A stretch of 64,000 bases of DNA from Kiloniellales bacterium (GTDB lineage: Bacteria; Pseudomonadota; Alphaproteobacteria; Kiloniellales; JAKSDN01), in assembly GCA_028280455.1 (NCBI GenBank), contig JANQLT010000157.1:28215-92214 (forward strand), in the 5' to 3' direction. The notes under the pieces are model-generated. The model was not told the origin of the DNA. It worked only from the letters and a program-made list of their open reading frames with translations, and ran no database searches. Positions 1-8,930 of this stretch are shown here, piece after piece. Position numbers and translations under genes: made by a program. Within the stretch, counting starts at the first letter, position 1; each line of letters opens with the position of its first letter.

Positions 1-52
1 CGCTGATCTTAGGTAGCGGCCATATCACCTCGCCTAACCTTGGAAGCCAACT

Positions 53-92
53 GAGCCCCGTCGCCCCCAGAAAGGACGGGGCTCTTTCTTTT
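53..92 (+). terminator. Rho-independent terminator-like hairpin with T-tract
   Basis: GAGCCCCGTC (53-62) pairs with GACGGGGCTC (75-84) and is followed by TTTCTTTT (85-92). It sits just beyond the stop (113) of the convergent cyclase gene. Confidence 0.55.
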
Positions 93-112
93 GCGCCCCG
101 CCGGCGCCGGGA

Positions 113-1129
113 TCAGTCTTCCCCGACCAGACCGTAGAGCGAGACGGGCTGGGCCTTGCCCTTCAGCTCGACGGCGTCGAGGGGCTCGGCGGCGAGGCCG
201 GCGGGCAGCGCCAGCCGCTCCAGCAAGGGGCCGGAGACGACCAGGTCGCGGCCGGCCGCCTTGGCCGCGGCCTCGATGCGCGCCGTGGTGTTGACCGTGT
301 CGCCGAGGAAGACGATCTCGCGCTTCAGATCGCCCATCTCGCCGGTGACCACCGGGCCCGTGTGCAGAACCTGGCGCATCCGCGGCTCGACGCCGTAGCG
401 ATCGCGGTAGCGCGGGGCCAGGCGGCCGAGTGTCTCCTGGATCGCCACGGCGCAGGCCAGGCAGCGGCCCGCCTCCAGGCCCTCGGCCTCGCGCCAGGTG
501 ACGATCACCTCGTCGCCGACGTAGCGATAGATCTCGCCGCGGTGGCGGACGATGGGGTCGGCGAGATCGAAGAAAAGCTGGTCGAGCATCGCGTGGAAGG
601 CCAGGTCGCCGATGCGCTCGGCGAGAGCCGTCGAGCCGATCAGGTCGGCGAAGAGAAAGATCCGCCGCTCGACCCTCGGCCGGTGGTAGCGGCCCAGGAT
701 GAAGCGCAGCAGCACGCCGCCGCCGAGCAGCCGGTCGATCTCGACGAAGAGGATGATGCCGAAGCTGACGGAGAGCGAGAAGGCGAGGTCGCGCAGCAGG
801 TCGGGTATGTAGATGACGCTCTGGCGACCTTCGAACAGCAGGTCGGGCCCGTAGATCAGCACGACGATGATCAGCGCGAAGACCAGGCTCTTGATCAGCA
901 CGAAGATGGCGAAGGGCCGCTTGGCGAGCCAGCGACCGCCGGGCCGCTGGCTATAGAAGAGCTCGATGCTGGTCAGCGTGCCGCCGATCAGGGCGCCGGT
1001 CAGACCGCCGCGCAGCAGGTTGGTCAGCGTGAACTCATTGGTCGCGCCGCCGTAGACGGCGCCAATAGACACCGAAAAGGCGATGACCCAGGCGAGCAGC
1101 TTCAGGTCGGCCAGGTCGCGGGGATTCAT
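113..1129 (-). CDS. Membrane-anchored class III adenylate/guanylate cyclase
   Basis: 338-aa ORF. The N-terminal half is made of hydrophobic helices. The C-terminal half carries cyclase core motifs (RIFLFADLIGSTALAE, YRYVGDEVIVTW, FLGDTVNTTARIE). Confidence 0.85.
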   Translation of the reverse strand: MNPRDLADLKLLAWVIAFSVSIGAVYGGATNEFTLTNLLRGGLTGALIGGTLTSIELFYSQRPGGRWLAKRPFAIFVLIKSLVFALIIVVLIYGPDLLFEGRQSVIYIPDLLRDLAFSLSVSFGIILFVEIDRLLGGGVLLRFILGRYHRPRVERRIFLFADLIGSTALAERIGDLAFHAMLDQLFFDLADPIVRHRGEIYRYVGDEVIVTWREAEGLEAGRCLACAVAIQETLGRLAPRYRDRYGVEPRMRQVLHTGPVVTGEMGDLKREIVFLGDTVNTTARIEAAAKAAGRDLVVSGPLLERLALPAGLAAEPLDAVELKGKAQPVSLYGLVGED

Positions 1130-1145
1130 GGGCGTCGCTGCCGCG

Positions 1146-3053
1146 TCATTCGGCGTCTCCGAGCCAGAAGGTATCGGGCCGGTAGATGCCGAAGTAGGCG
1201 CCCGGCTCGTAGAGGTAGGGCGCCTCGGCGGGCAGGTTGCGCAGCCGCGGATCGGCGGCGACCGGCTGCAGGACCTGGCCGATCAGGCCGATGGTGAAGA
1301 CCTGCTCGGCGTGGATCGCCAGCATCTCGCGCCAGGCGTCCCGGCGGGCCTCGGTCGTCACGGCCTCGGACCAGGCGCGGTGCAGCGCCGACAGCCGCTG
1401 CACGGCGGGCAGGTCCGGCGCCTCGCCCCGCCGGCCGCCGGTCATGCCGTAGCGGCCCCAGCGCGGCCAGTTGTTCTGCCGGTCGCTGGTCGGCGCCAGC
1501 TCGGCCGGGTTGGACTCGGCCGTCGCGAAGCCGTCGGCCAGGCCGTAGAAGACCGTCATCACGGCCGCGCCGGCCTGCACCCGCTCGCGGAAGGCCTGGC
1601 GGCCTTGCGGCCGGATCAGCAGCTCGACGCCGACCGCGGCCCAGTGGTCGCGGACCAGCTCCAGCAGCGACACCTCGTCCGGATCGGTGTCGCCGGTCTC
1701 GACCACGACGCCGAGCCTGTCGCCGCCCGCCATGCGCCGGATGCCGTCGCTGCCGCGCGGCAAGTCCAGGCCGTCCAACAGTGCCTCGGCCCTGGCCGGG
1801 TCGTGGCCTGCCCAGGCGTCGCGCAGGGCCGGGTCGTAGAGCGGGCTGCCCGGCAGCACGGCGTTGCCGCCGCCGATGGCGAAGCCCTTGTAGACCACCG
1901 AGACCAGCTCCGCGCGGTCGATGGCCAGCGACAGGGCGCGGCGGAAGTCGACCGACTGCAGCAGCGCGCGCCAGGCCGGGTCGGCGGCGTTCAGGTTGGG
2001 ATAGAGGGCGAGCTGGGCGCCGCGACCGATCGGCCAGAGCCGCAGCGAGATCGCGCCGCGCGCCTCGGCTTCCTTGAGCAGGGCCGCGTCGCCGAAGCCG
2101 AGGCCGATCGATTGCAGGCCGCTTTGGCCGGCCGCGGCCTGGGCCGGGATCAGCCGGGCCTGGGTCTTGGCGATGATCACTTCGTCGAGGTAGGGGAGCT
2201 GGCGGCCGGCGCCGTCGACCCGGTGGAAGTAGGGATTGCGCCTGCCGATGAAGCGCTCGCTCGGCGGCTGCACGGTGTTGATCCAAGGCTGCAGGCTCGG
2301 CCGCTCGGGATTGCTGTAGCGGAACGGCACGTCCAGCCGCCGGAAGCGGGCCACCCAGTCGGGCTGGCCGGCCGCTTCAGCCTCGGCCTGCAGCGCCGCG
2401 GCCTCGCGGTAGCGCGGATGGAAGCGCTTCAGGTAGTGCGCCGGGGCGTAGATGAAGGTCGGGCTGGTGCCCGCCAGGGCCGGCAGGAAGCGGTTGTTCG
2501 GTTTCGGCCAGCTAAAGCGCACTCGAGCCCGGTCGAGGATCTCGACGATGGGCGGCTTGCCGTCGACCAGCAGGGCCGAAGGCGGCCCGCCGGGCGAGAG
2601 GTCCGGGTCGGTCGCGATGTCCTGCCACCAGAAGCGGAAGTCCTCGCTGGTGAAGGGCGCGCCGTCCGACCAGCGGTGGCCGCCCCGCAAGCTGAGCGTG
2701 AAGCTGCGGCCGTCCTCGACCTCGACGGTCTCGAGGATGTCCGGCACCAGCCGGGCGATGCCGGCTTCGTCGCGCTGCCAGGCCATCAGCCGGGCATAGC
2801 CGAAGACCACCAGGGCCCGTGCGTCGCGGCCGCCGCGGTCGAGCATGGTCAGCGATCCGCCGTGCTGGCCCGGCGCCCAGTCCGGCCGCGTCGGCAGGTC
2901 GCGGCGCGGCGACGCGGGCAGGCGCTCGCTCAGGGGCGGCAGGCGCCCGGCGGCGACCGCCTCGGCCAGGGCCGGCGGCTCTTCGGCACCGCGGGCGGGT
3001 GAGTGGGCCGCGACCAGCAGAACGAGACAAAGGAGTGCGAGGGCGGCCTTCAT
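1146..3053 (-). CDS. ABC-type solute-binding protein, family 5 (peptide/opine-like), orphan
   Basis: I moved the start to the ATG at 3053, which gives the signal peptide MKAALALLCLVLLVAAHSPARG. The length (~635 aa) and sequence resemble family-5 periplasmic binding proteins. No permease or ATPase gene is adjacent. Its stop lies 16 nt upstream of the cyclase start. Confidence 0.8.
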   Translation of the reverse strand: MKAALALLCLVLLVAAHSPARGAEEPPALAEAVAAGRLPPLSERLPASPRRDLPTRPDWAPGQHGGSLTMLDRGGRDARALVVFGYARLMAWQRDEAGIARLVPDILETVEVEDGRSFTLSLRGGHRWSDGAPFTSEDFRFWWQDIATDPDLSPGGPPSALLVDGKPPIVEILDRARVRFSWPKPNNRFLPALAGTSPTFIYAPAHYLKRFHPRYREAAALQAEAEAAGQPDWVARFRRLDVPFRYSNPERPSLQPWINTVQPPSERFIGRRNPYFHRVDGAGRQLPYLDEVIIAKTQARLIPAQAAAGQSGLQSIGLGFGDAALLKEAEARGAISLRLWPIGRGAQLALYPNLNAADPAWRALLQSVDFRRALSLAIDRAELVSVVYKGFAIGGGNAVLPGSPLYDPALRDAWAGHDPARAEALLDGLDLPRGSDGIRRMAGGDRLGVVVETGDTDPDEVSLLELVRDHWAAVGVELLIRPQGRQAFRERVQAGAAVMTVFYGLADGFATAESNPAELAPTSDRQNNWPRWGRYGMTGGRRGEAPDLPAVQRLSALHRAWSEAVTTEARRDAWREMLAIHAEQVFTIGLIGQVLQPVAADPRLRNLPAEAPYLYEPGAYFGIYRPDTFWLGDAE

Positions 3054-3090
3054 GGCGCGGACCTTAACTCTGGCCCGCGACAGGCGGGAG

Positions 3091-3759
3091 TCAGTTCTCC
3101 GACCAGCGCCGCAGCAGGTTCGAGTAGGTCTTGAAGGCCAGGTCGGTCTCGAGCCAGTCGGCGGCATCGCGCGACAGGCGCCGGCAGACCTTGTGCAGAT
3201 CGTAGAGCAGCTCGCGCTGGCCGTGGTCGCGGATGTAGCTCTCGACCCAGGTCACCGCGGCCAGGCGCTCGCCTTCCTCGACCGGCGCCACCCAGTGGAG
3301 GTTGCCCGAGGCGTAGAGGAAGGCGCTGCCGGCCGCCAGCTTGACCTTCTGCTCGCCGAGGCTGCTGGAGACCACCAGCTCGCCGCCCTTGTAGCTGTCG
3401 GGCTCGCTCAGGAAGAGGGTGACCGAGAGGTCCGTGCGGTAGCGCGGCTCGGTGCCCATCAGGGCGTCGTCGGAATGCCGGCCGTATTCCATGCCGGGCT
3501 GATAGCGGCTGATCAGCGGCGACTGGACCCGGCGGGGCAGGGCGGCGGACTTGAACTCCGGGTGCAGGCGCAGGCGCTCCAGCACCCGGCGCTTGACCTC
3601 CTTGGCCTTCTTGTCGTCGCGCGCGAGCTGCTCGTTCTTCTTGACCCGCTTGGCCCGGAAGCCGGCGGTCTTCTTGCCGTCGATGAACTGGGCCTCATCG
3701 ATCATGGCGCGCAGCGCCTGCAGCATCTTGGCGTCGAGGACGTTCTTGATCACCAGCAT
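3091..3759 (-). CDS. Fe(II)/2-oxoglutarate-dependent hydroxylase, PiuC/YbiX (PKHD) type
   Basis: 222 aa. It has an HxD motif (YGRHSDDAL), a distal His (GNLHWVAPV), and an N-terminus MLVIKNVLD typical of YbiX-like proteins. Confidence 0.75.
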   Translation of the reverse strand: MLVIKNVLDAKMLQALRAMIDEAQFIDGKKTAGFRAKRVKKNEQLARDDKKAKEVKRRVLERLRLHPEFKSAALPRRVQSPLISRYQPGMEYGRHSDDALMGTEPRYRTDLSVTLFLSEPDSYKGGELVVSSSLGEQKVKLAAGSAFLYASGNLHWVAPVEEGERLAAVTWVESYIRDHGQRELLYDLHKVCRRLSRDAADWLETDLAFKTYSNLLRRWSEN

Positions 3760-3817
3760 GGCGGTCTCGATTGCTTGTTGGCCCGAGAATACTGCCTTGA
3801 ATTGATGCAGAAAGTCC

Positions 3818-4678
3818 TTAGTCGGCCGGGGGCGCCGCGTAGCGCCGGCCGGCTTCCAGCGGCTCCTGCCGGCCGCCGCCCAGGTCGAAGGTCAGGGGCA
3901 GGCTCTCGAAGGCCCAGGGACCGGCCTCGCGCGGCGATGCGACGTGGAAATGCAGGTGGGGCTCGCTGCTGTGGCCGCTGTGGCCGGATCGGGCGATCGG
4001 CTGGCCGGCGGCGACGCTCTCCCCCGGGCCGACCAGCAGGCTGTCGGCCTGCAGATGCAGGTACTGGCCGACCGTGCCGTCGGCGTGGCGGATCCAGACG
4101 AAGTTCTCCCGGCCGCGCAAGGCCGGGTCGGGGCCGCCCGCCGGCTGGTCGCCGCGCAGGCCGATCACCTCGCCGCCGCGCGCGGCGCGGACCTCGCTGC
4201 CGAGCGGCATGGCCCAGTCGATGGCATGCGCCAGCGGCCCGCTGTGGCTCCAGCCGCCGCCGGCCTGGATGACCCGGTAGGCCTGGCCCGGCGCGTAGGG
4301 CAGCCGGTAGGGCCCGCGCGGCGCATGGCGGGCCGGCGGGCCGGCGGGATGGAAGCTGTAGGTCCAATCCAGGCGCCAGGCCCCGGGCCGCTCGATTTGG
4401 AAGCGCTGCAAGCGGACCCGCTCGGCGCCTTTGGTCAGGCGGCGCAGGGGCCCCGGGTCGCCGGCCAGGCCGTCGGCCTCCGGCAGCACGACGACGATCA
4501 GAGGATCGGCCGCCTGGACGGCCAGCCAGAGGTCGATCCGGTCGTCCCGGCGCTCGGCCTCGATGCAGAACAGGCCCTGCTGGCAGTGCGGCTGGTGGAC
4601 CAGGGGCTCGGCGGCGGGGCCGGGGCCCGCCGACGCGGCCAGCAGCAAGAGTCCGGCGATGGCGGGGCGCGGGCTCAT
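3818..4678 (-). CDS. Secreted M23 family metallopeptidase
   Basis: Signal peptide (AIAGLLLLAASAG) plus the M23 motifs HAIDW and GHSGHSSEPHLHFHV. Its start overlaps the upstream binding-protein stop by 4 nt (ATGA). Confidence 0.8.
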   Translation of the reverse strand: MSPRPAIAGLLLLAASAGPGPAAEPLVHQPHCQQGLFCIEAERRDDRIDLWLAVQAADPLIVVVLPEADGLAGDPGPLRRLTKGAERVRLQRFQIERPGAWRLDWTYSFHPAGPPARHAPRGPYRLPYAPGQAYRVIQAGGGWSHSGPLAHAIDWAMPLGSEVRAARGGEVIGLRGDQPAGGPDPALRGRENFVWIRHADGTVGQYLHLQADSLLVGPGESVAAGQPIARSGHSGHSSEPHLHFHVASPREAGPWAFESLPLTFDLGGGRQEPLEAGRRYAAPPAD

Positions 4679-5520
4679 TCCTCCGGCGGCCGGGCGTTGG
4701 GGAAGAAGACCTGCTGCCCCTCGAGGCGGAACTCGGCGATGGTCGCCTGGCCCTCCTCGGAGGTCAGCCAGACCAGGAAGGTCTGCGCCTCCAGGCTGCG
4801 GACATGGGGGTGGCGCTGCGGGCTGACCAGGACCAGGCCGTACTGGTTGAACAGCGCCGGGTCGCGGTCGAACAGCAGGCGCAGCGCCGAGCGGTTGGCG
4901 AAGGCGATCCAGGAGGCGCGGTCGGTCAGGCTGTAGGCGCCCAGGTCGTTGGCGGCGTGCAGCGCCGTGCCGCTGGCCAGGCCGCTGTCGCGGTACCAGC
5001 CGCCGCTGGCCGCCTGCGGGTCGACCTCGGCGGCGGCCCAGATCGCCAGCTCGCGGGCATGGGCGCCGCCGCCGTCGCCGGCCGCGGCGAAGCGGGCCTG
5101 GAGGGCCGCGATGCGGGCGAAGGCCTCGCGCGCCGTCTCGGCCAGGCGGATCGCCGCCGGGTCGGCCTCGGGCCCGACGATGACGAAGTCGTTGTACATC
5201 ACCTCGACGCGCTCGAGCCCGTGGCCGTCGGCGACCAGCCGGCGCTCGGCATCGGCGTCATTGAGCAGCAGCAGGTCGGCGTCGCCGTTGCGGGCCAGGC
5301 GCAGGGCCTTGCCGCTGCCGACGGCGAGCAGCCGCACCGTGACGCCGGTGCGGCCGGTGAAGCGGGGCAGGAGGTGGCCGAAGATCCCGGAATTGTCCGT
5401 GGCGGCGGTGGTCGCCAGGGTGAAGTAGCGCTCCGCGCCGGCGGCCTCGGGGCCGCAGAGCAGCAGCGCCGCCAGCGCCAGCGCCGGCCCCAGCCCCAGC
5501 CAGCGGCCGAAGCGCCTCAC
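4675..5520 (-). CDS. TupA-like (tungstate-type) ABC transporter periplasmic binding protein
   Basis: Signal peptide followed by FTLATTAATDNSGIF, which resembles the TupA anion-binding TTTS-x-DSG segment. Size ~280 aa. Lies in an operon with a small permease and ATPase, next to fdhD/mobA. Confidence 0.6.
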   Translation of the reverse strand: MRRFGRWLGLGPALALAALLLCGPEAAGAERYFTLATTAATDNSGIFGHLLPRFTGRTGVTVRLLAVGSGKALRLARNGDADLLLLNDADAERRLVADGHGLERVEVMYNDFVIVGPEADPAAIRLAETAREAFARIAALQARFAAAGDGGGAHARELAIWAAAEVDPQAASGGWYRDSGLASGTALHAANDLGAYSLTDRASWIAFANRSALRLLFDRDPALFNQYGLVLVSPQRHPHVRSLEAQTFLVWLTSEEGQATIAEFRLEGQQVFFPNARPPEE

Positions 5521-6230
5521 CAGATCAGCTCGCCCCGCAGGAAGGCGCTCGCCAGGGCGGTCTTGGGCTGCTCGAAGAAGCGCTTCGCCAGGCCCCGCTC
5601 GACCAGCTTGCCGCGATGCAGGAAGAAGACCTCCTCGCCGAGGCGCCGGGCCTGTCCCAGGTCGTGGGTGGTCATGACCACCTTGGTACCGGACTCATGG
5701 ATCGCGGTCACGATGGTTTCCACCGCCCGGCTGGCGGTCGGGTCGAGGTTGGCGGTCGGCTCGTCGAGGAACAGCACCTGTGGCCGGATCGCCCAGGCCC
5801 GGGCCAGGGACAGCCGCTGCTGCTCGCCGGCCGAGAGCACGCGGGCCGGCCGCTGGGCCAGGTGCGTCAGGCCGGTCAGGGTCATGACCCGCTCGCGGCG
5901 GCGCTGCCGCTCCTGCCGGCTCCAGCCCTGCAGCTTCATGCCGAAGTCGATGTTGCCGGCGACCGTCCGGCGCATCAGCACCGGCCGCTGGAACACCATG
6001 GCCTGGTGGCGGATCGCGTCGGGGCCGCCGGTCCAGAAGACCTTGCCGCTGCTCGGCCGCAGCAGGCCGTGGGCGAGGCGCAAGGTCAGGCTCTTGCCGG
6101 CGCCGTTGGGGCCGAGGATGACGCTAAGCGGGCCGGGCTGGAAGGTCAGGGTCAGGTCCTCGATCAGCCGCTCGCCGCCGGCCTCGAAGCTGACCGACTG
6201 CAGCCCGCCCGGGAGGATCGTCCGGCTCAT
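5517..6230 (-). CDS. ABC transporter ATP-binding protein (TupC-like)
   Basis: I placed the start at the ATG at 6230 (MSRTILPGG), not the track's 7001. It has Walker A GPNGAGKS, signature LSAGEQQR and Walker B VLFLDEP. There are 4-nt overlaps with both neighbouring genes. Confidence 0.85.
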   Translation of the reverse strand: MSRTILPGGLQSVSFEAGGERLIEDLTLTFQPGPLSVILGPNGAGKSLTLRLAHGLLRPSSGKVFWTGGPDAIRHQAMVFQRPVLMRRTVAGNIDFGMKLQGWSRQERQRRRERVMTLTGLTHLAQRPARVLSAGEQQRLSLARAWAIRPQVLFLDEPTANLDPTASRAVETIVTAIHESGTKVVMTTHDLGQARRLGEEVFFLHRGKLVERGLAKRFFEQPKTALASAFLRGELIW

Positions 6231-6931
6231 AGGCCGGAGGCGCGGGCGGCCCCGCGCAGCAGGTAGGCGGTGCCGTTGACCGTCAGGGACAGCACCAGGA
6301 GGATCAGCCCGAGGCCGAGCGCCAGGGCCAGGTCGCCCTTGCTGGTCTCCAGGGCGATGGCGGTGGTCATGACCCGGGTCAGGTGGTCGATGTTGCCGCC
6401 GACGATCATCACCGCGCCGACCTCGGCCGAGGCCCGCCCGAAGCCCGCCAGCACCGCCGTCACCAGGCTGAAGCGGCCGTCCCAGAGCAGGGCCGGGATG
6501 GCCCGCCCCGGCCCGCAGCCGAGCGAGCGGAGCTGCTCCTCGTACTCGAACCAGAGGTCCTCGACCACCTGGCGGCAGAGCGCGGCGACGATCGGCAGCA
6601 CCAGCAGGGTCTGGGCGATGATCATGGCCGTCGGCGTGAACAGCAGGCCGAGCACCCCGAGCGGCCCGGCCCGGGACAGCAGCAGGAAGACGATCAGGCC
6701 GAGCACCACCGGCGGCAGGCCCATCAGGGCGTTCAGCAGCACGGCGGCGACCTGGCGGCCGGGAAAGCGGAACAGCGCCACGGCGGCGCCCAGGGGCAGG
6801 CCGAGCAGGGTCGCCAGGAGCACGGCGGTCAGGCTGACCCGCAGCGACAGCAGGACGATCTCGTAGAGATCCGGGTCCAGGGTCGCGATCAGCCAGAAGG
6901 CGGCGGCGAAGGCCTCGCCGAAGTCGTTCAT
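6227..6931 (-). CDS. ABC transporter permease (TupB-like)
   Basis: 234-aa polytopic membrane protein of the BPD-transporter type. It is the first gene of the operon. Confidence 0.8.
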   Translation of the reverse strand: MNDFGEAFAAAFWLIATLDPDLYEIVLLSLRVSLTAVLLATLLGLPLGAAVALFRFPGRQVAAVLLNALMGLPPVVLGLIVFLLLSRAGPLGVLGLLFTPTAMIIAQTLLVLPIVAALCRQVVEDLWFEYEEQLRSLGCGPGRAIPALLWDGRFSLVTAVLAGFGRASAEVGAVMIVGGNIDHLTRVMTTAIALETSKGDLALALGLGLILLVLSLTVNGTAYLLRGAARASGL

Positions 6932-7042
6932 GGGCTGGCGGTCCTGGATCCGGGGCGGTCGGCGCGGCGGCGCGCGAGCCGCGCCGGCGCGGCCTAGTCA
7001 AGACGAGCCGCCGGCCGGGCGCAAGGGCTTGTCATCGGGCGG

Positions 7043-7066
7043 TTTATGGCGATTTCTATGCTATGC
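7043..7066. promoter_or_regulatory. AT-rich repeat TTTAT-N7-TCTAT / CTATGCTATG in the divergent tup / fdhD-mobA intergenic region
   Basis: This is the only AT-rich patch in the 173-nt divergent region. It loosely resembles ModE-type TAYAT repeats. No cognate regulator gene is present in the window. Confidence 0.2.
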
Positions 7067-7103
7067 TCCGACACTCCCTTGGGCGATCGAAGAGGTCTTG
7101 AGA

Positions 7104-8063
7104 ATGCCCCGCGAGACGGCGGAAAGCGGCGGCGCCGCGGCGCCGCGCCAGGTCAGCCGGGCGCGCCCGAAGCTGCTCGACCCGGCGGCCCGGGCCGAGC
7201 TGCTGGTGGCGCCGAACCCGGACGACCCGCGGCTGACCGAGGCGGTGCGCGGGATCGACGAGAGCGGCGAGGCGATCGAGACCCGGGTGGTGGTCGAGCG
7301 GCCGCTGACCCTGTTCCTCAACGGCCAGGAGATCGTCACCATGATGACGATCGGCGACTATCCCGACTACCTGGCCGTCGGCTACCTGCTGAACCAGAAC
7401 ATGCTGCGGCCGGACGACGTCATCACCGACATCGAGCACGACGAGGAGCTCGAGCTGGTGGTGGTCCGCACCGAGCGCGAGACCGACTACGAGGAGAAGC
7501 TGAAGAAGAAGATCCGCACCTCCGGCTGCGCCCAGGGCACGGTCTTCGGCGACGTCATGGAGAAGTTCGAGGGCGCCGACCTGCCGGCCGAGGCCCGGCT
7601 CAAGACCTCCTGGATCTATGCGCTCAGCCGCAAGATCAACGCCTTGCCGAGCCTCTACCTGGGCGCCGGCGCGATCCACGGCTGCGTGCTCTGCGCCGGC
7701 GACCGGCCGCTGGTCTACATGGAGGACGTCGGCCGGCACAACGCGGTCGACAAGATTGCCGGCTACATGCTGCTCGAGGGCCTGGCACCTCAGGACAAGA
7801 TCTTCTACACCACCGGCCGCCTGACCTCGGAGATGGTCATCAAGACGGTGCAGATGGGCATCCCGATCCTGGTCAGCCGCTCCGGCTTCACCGCCTGGGG
7901 CGTCGAGCTGGCCCGCCAGGCGAACCTGACCCTGGTCGGCCGGGCCAAGGGCAAGCGCTTCATCGCCCTGGCCGGCGAGCAGCGGATCGAGTTCGACGAG
8001 GACCCCGGCGCGGTCGCCGAGGAGGATCCGCGGCATGCCCGCAAGGGCGCGCGGGAGGCTTGA
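7104..8063 (+). CDS. fdhD: Formate dehydrogenase accessory sulfurtransferase FdhD
   Basis: I placed the start at the ATG at 7104. FdhD-like sequence throughout (TSGCAQGTVFG, GAIHGCVLC, EDVGRHNAVDK, SRSGFTAWGVELA). Confidence 0.85.
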   Translation: MPRETAESGGAAAPRQVSRARPKLLDPAARAELLVAPNPDDPRLTEAVRGIDESGEAIETRVVVERPLTLFLNGQEIVTMMTIGDYPDYLAVGYLLNQNMLRPDDVITDIEHDEELELVVVRTERETDYEEKLKKKIRTSGCAQGTVFGDVMEKFEGADLPAEARLKTSWIYALSRKINALPSLYLGAGAIHGCVLCAGDRPLVYMEDVGRHNAVDKIAGYMLLEGLAPQDKIFYTTGRLTSEMVIKTVQMGIPILVSRSGFTAWGVELARQANLTLVGRAKGKRFIALAGEQRIEFDEDPGAVAEEDPRHARKGAREA

Positions 8064-8111
8064 GGTGGTTCCCGCAGCCTCTCCGGATCGGATTCTAAGG
8101 CGCTCCAAAGG

Positions 8112-8741
8112 TTGACAGGTCGAGTCGCAGGCGTGGTGCTGGCCGGCGGCCTGTCGCGGCGCATGGGCGGCGGCGACAAGGCGCTCAAGACTCTGGCCGG
8201 GCGGCCGATCCTCGAGCATGTCATCGAGCGCGCCCGGCCGCAGGTGGCGGCCCTGGTGCTCAACGCCAACGGGCCGGCGGAGCGCTTTTCCGACTTCGGC
8301 CTGCCAGTGGCGGGCGACGTGGTCGAGGGCTATGCCGGACCCCTGGCCGGGGTGCTGACCGGCCTCGACTGGGCGGCGCGGGAGGCGCCGGACTGCACCT
8401 GGCTGGCCAGCTTCGCCTGCGACGCGCCCTTCTTCCCGGCCGACCTGGTCGCGCGGTTCCTGGCCGCCGTCGAGGCCGAGGGCGCCGACATGGCCTGCGC
8501 CGCCTCCTTGGACAGAAGCCATCCGGTGTTCGGGCTCTGGCCGCTCAGTCTCAGGGGCGAGCTGCGGCAGGCGATGCTGGAGGAGGAGATCCGCAAAGTC
8601 GACGTCTGGACCGCCCGTTACCGTCTTTCCACTGTCCAATTCGAAGAAGTGAAGCTCCCCGGTGGGCCGGTCGACCCCTTCTTCAACGCCAATCGCCCGG
8701 ACGACCTGGCGGAAGCCGAGTCGCTCCTCGCCAGCGCTTAG
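8112..8741 (+). CDS. mobA: Molybdenum cofactor guanylyltransferase MobA
   Basis: TTG start. The N-terminal motif GVVLAGGLSRRMGGGDK and length (209 aa) are typical of MobA. Confidence 0.85.
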   Translation: MTGRVAGVVLAGGLSRRMGGGDKALKTLAGRPILEHVIERARPQVAALVLNANGPAERFSDFGLPVAGDVVEGYAGPLAGVLTGLDWAAREAPDCTWLASFACDAPFFPADLVARFLAAVEAEGADMACAASLDRSHPVFGLWPLSLRGELRQAMLEEEIRKVDVWTARYRLSTVQFEEVKLPGGPVDPFFNANRPDDLAEAESLLASA

Positions 8742-8852
8742 ACTGACCAAGGTGGCTAGCTGAAAGCGCGGTCGGCGGGCGCGCGTCGGCGGACTCGCGA
8801 GGTCGTGTTTCACCCTGTCGCGGCTTCTGCCCGCAGCTCTGCCAGACAGGTC

Positions 8853-8930
8853 CGAGGGATCGGCAGGGACGGCGTGCATCGGGCCTGGATCGGCAGATCC
8901 CAGCCGTCCGCGCGCCGGTCCTGCCGCTCG
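8853..8930 (+). other. Structured segment in a gene-free 345-nt leader upstream of the FDH operon
   Basis: Nested pairings: CGAG/CTCG (8853-56 with 8927-30), CGGCAGG/CCTGCCG (8861-67 with 8920-26), GACGGC/GCCGTC (8868-73 with 8903-08), and an inner hairpin GGATC-GGCA-GATCC (8887-8900). GGATCGGCAG occurs twice (8858, 8888). Confidence 0.25.

Noticed and set aside
1-52. Possible 3' end of an upstream gene or small RNA preceding the terminator at 53-92.
   Set aside because: Only 52 nt are visible and stops occur in frames 1 and 2 within 15 nt. I see no recognisable RNA-gene features, so nothing can be assigned.
5517-7001. Track ORF of 494 aa covering the ABC ATPase and the permease region.
   Set aside because: Only the C-terminal 237 aa (from the ATG at 6230) are ABC-ATPase-like. 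The upstream part is an out-of-frame read of the permease gene.
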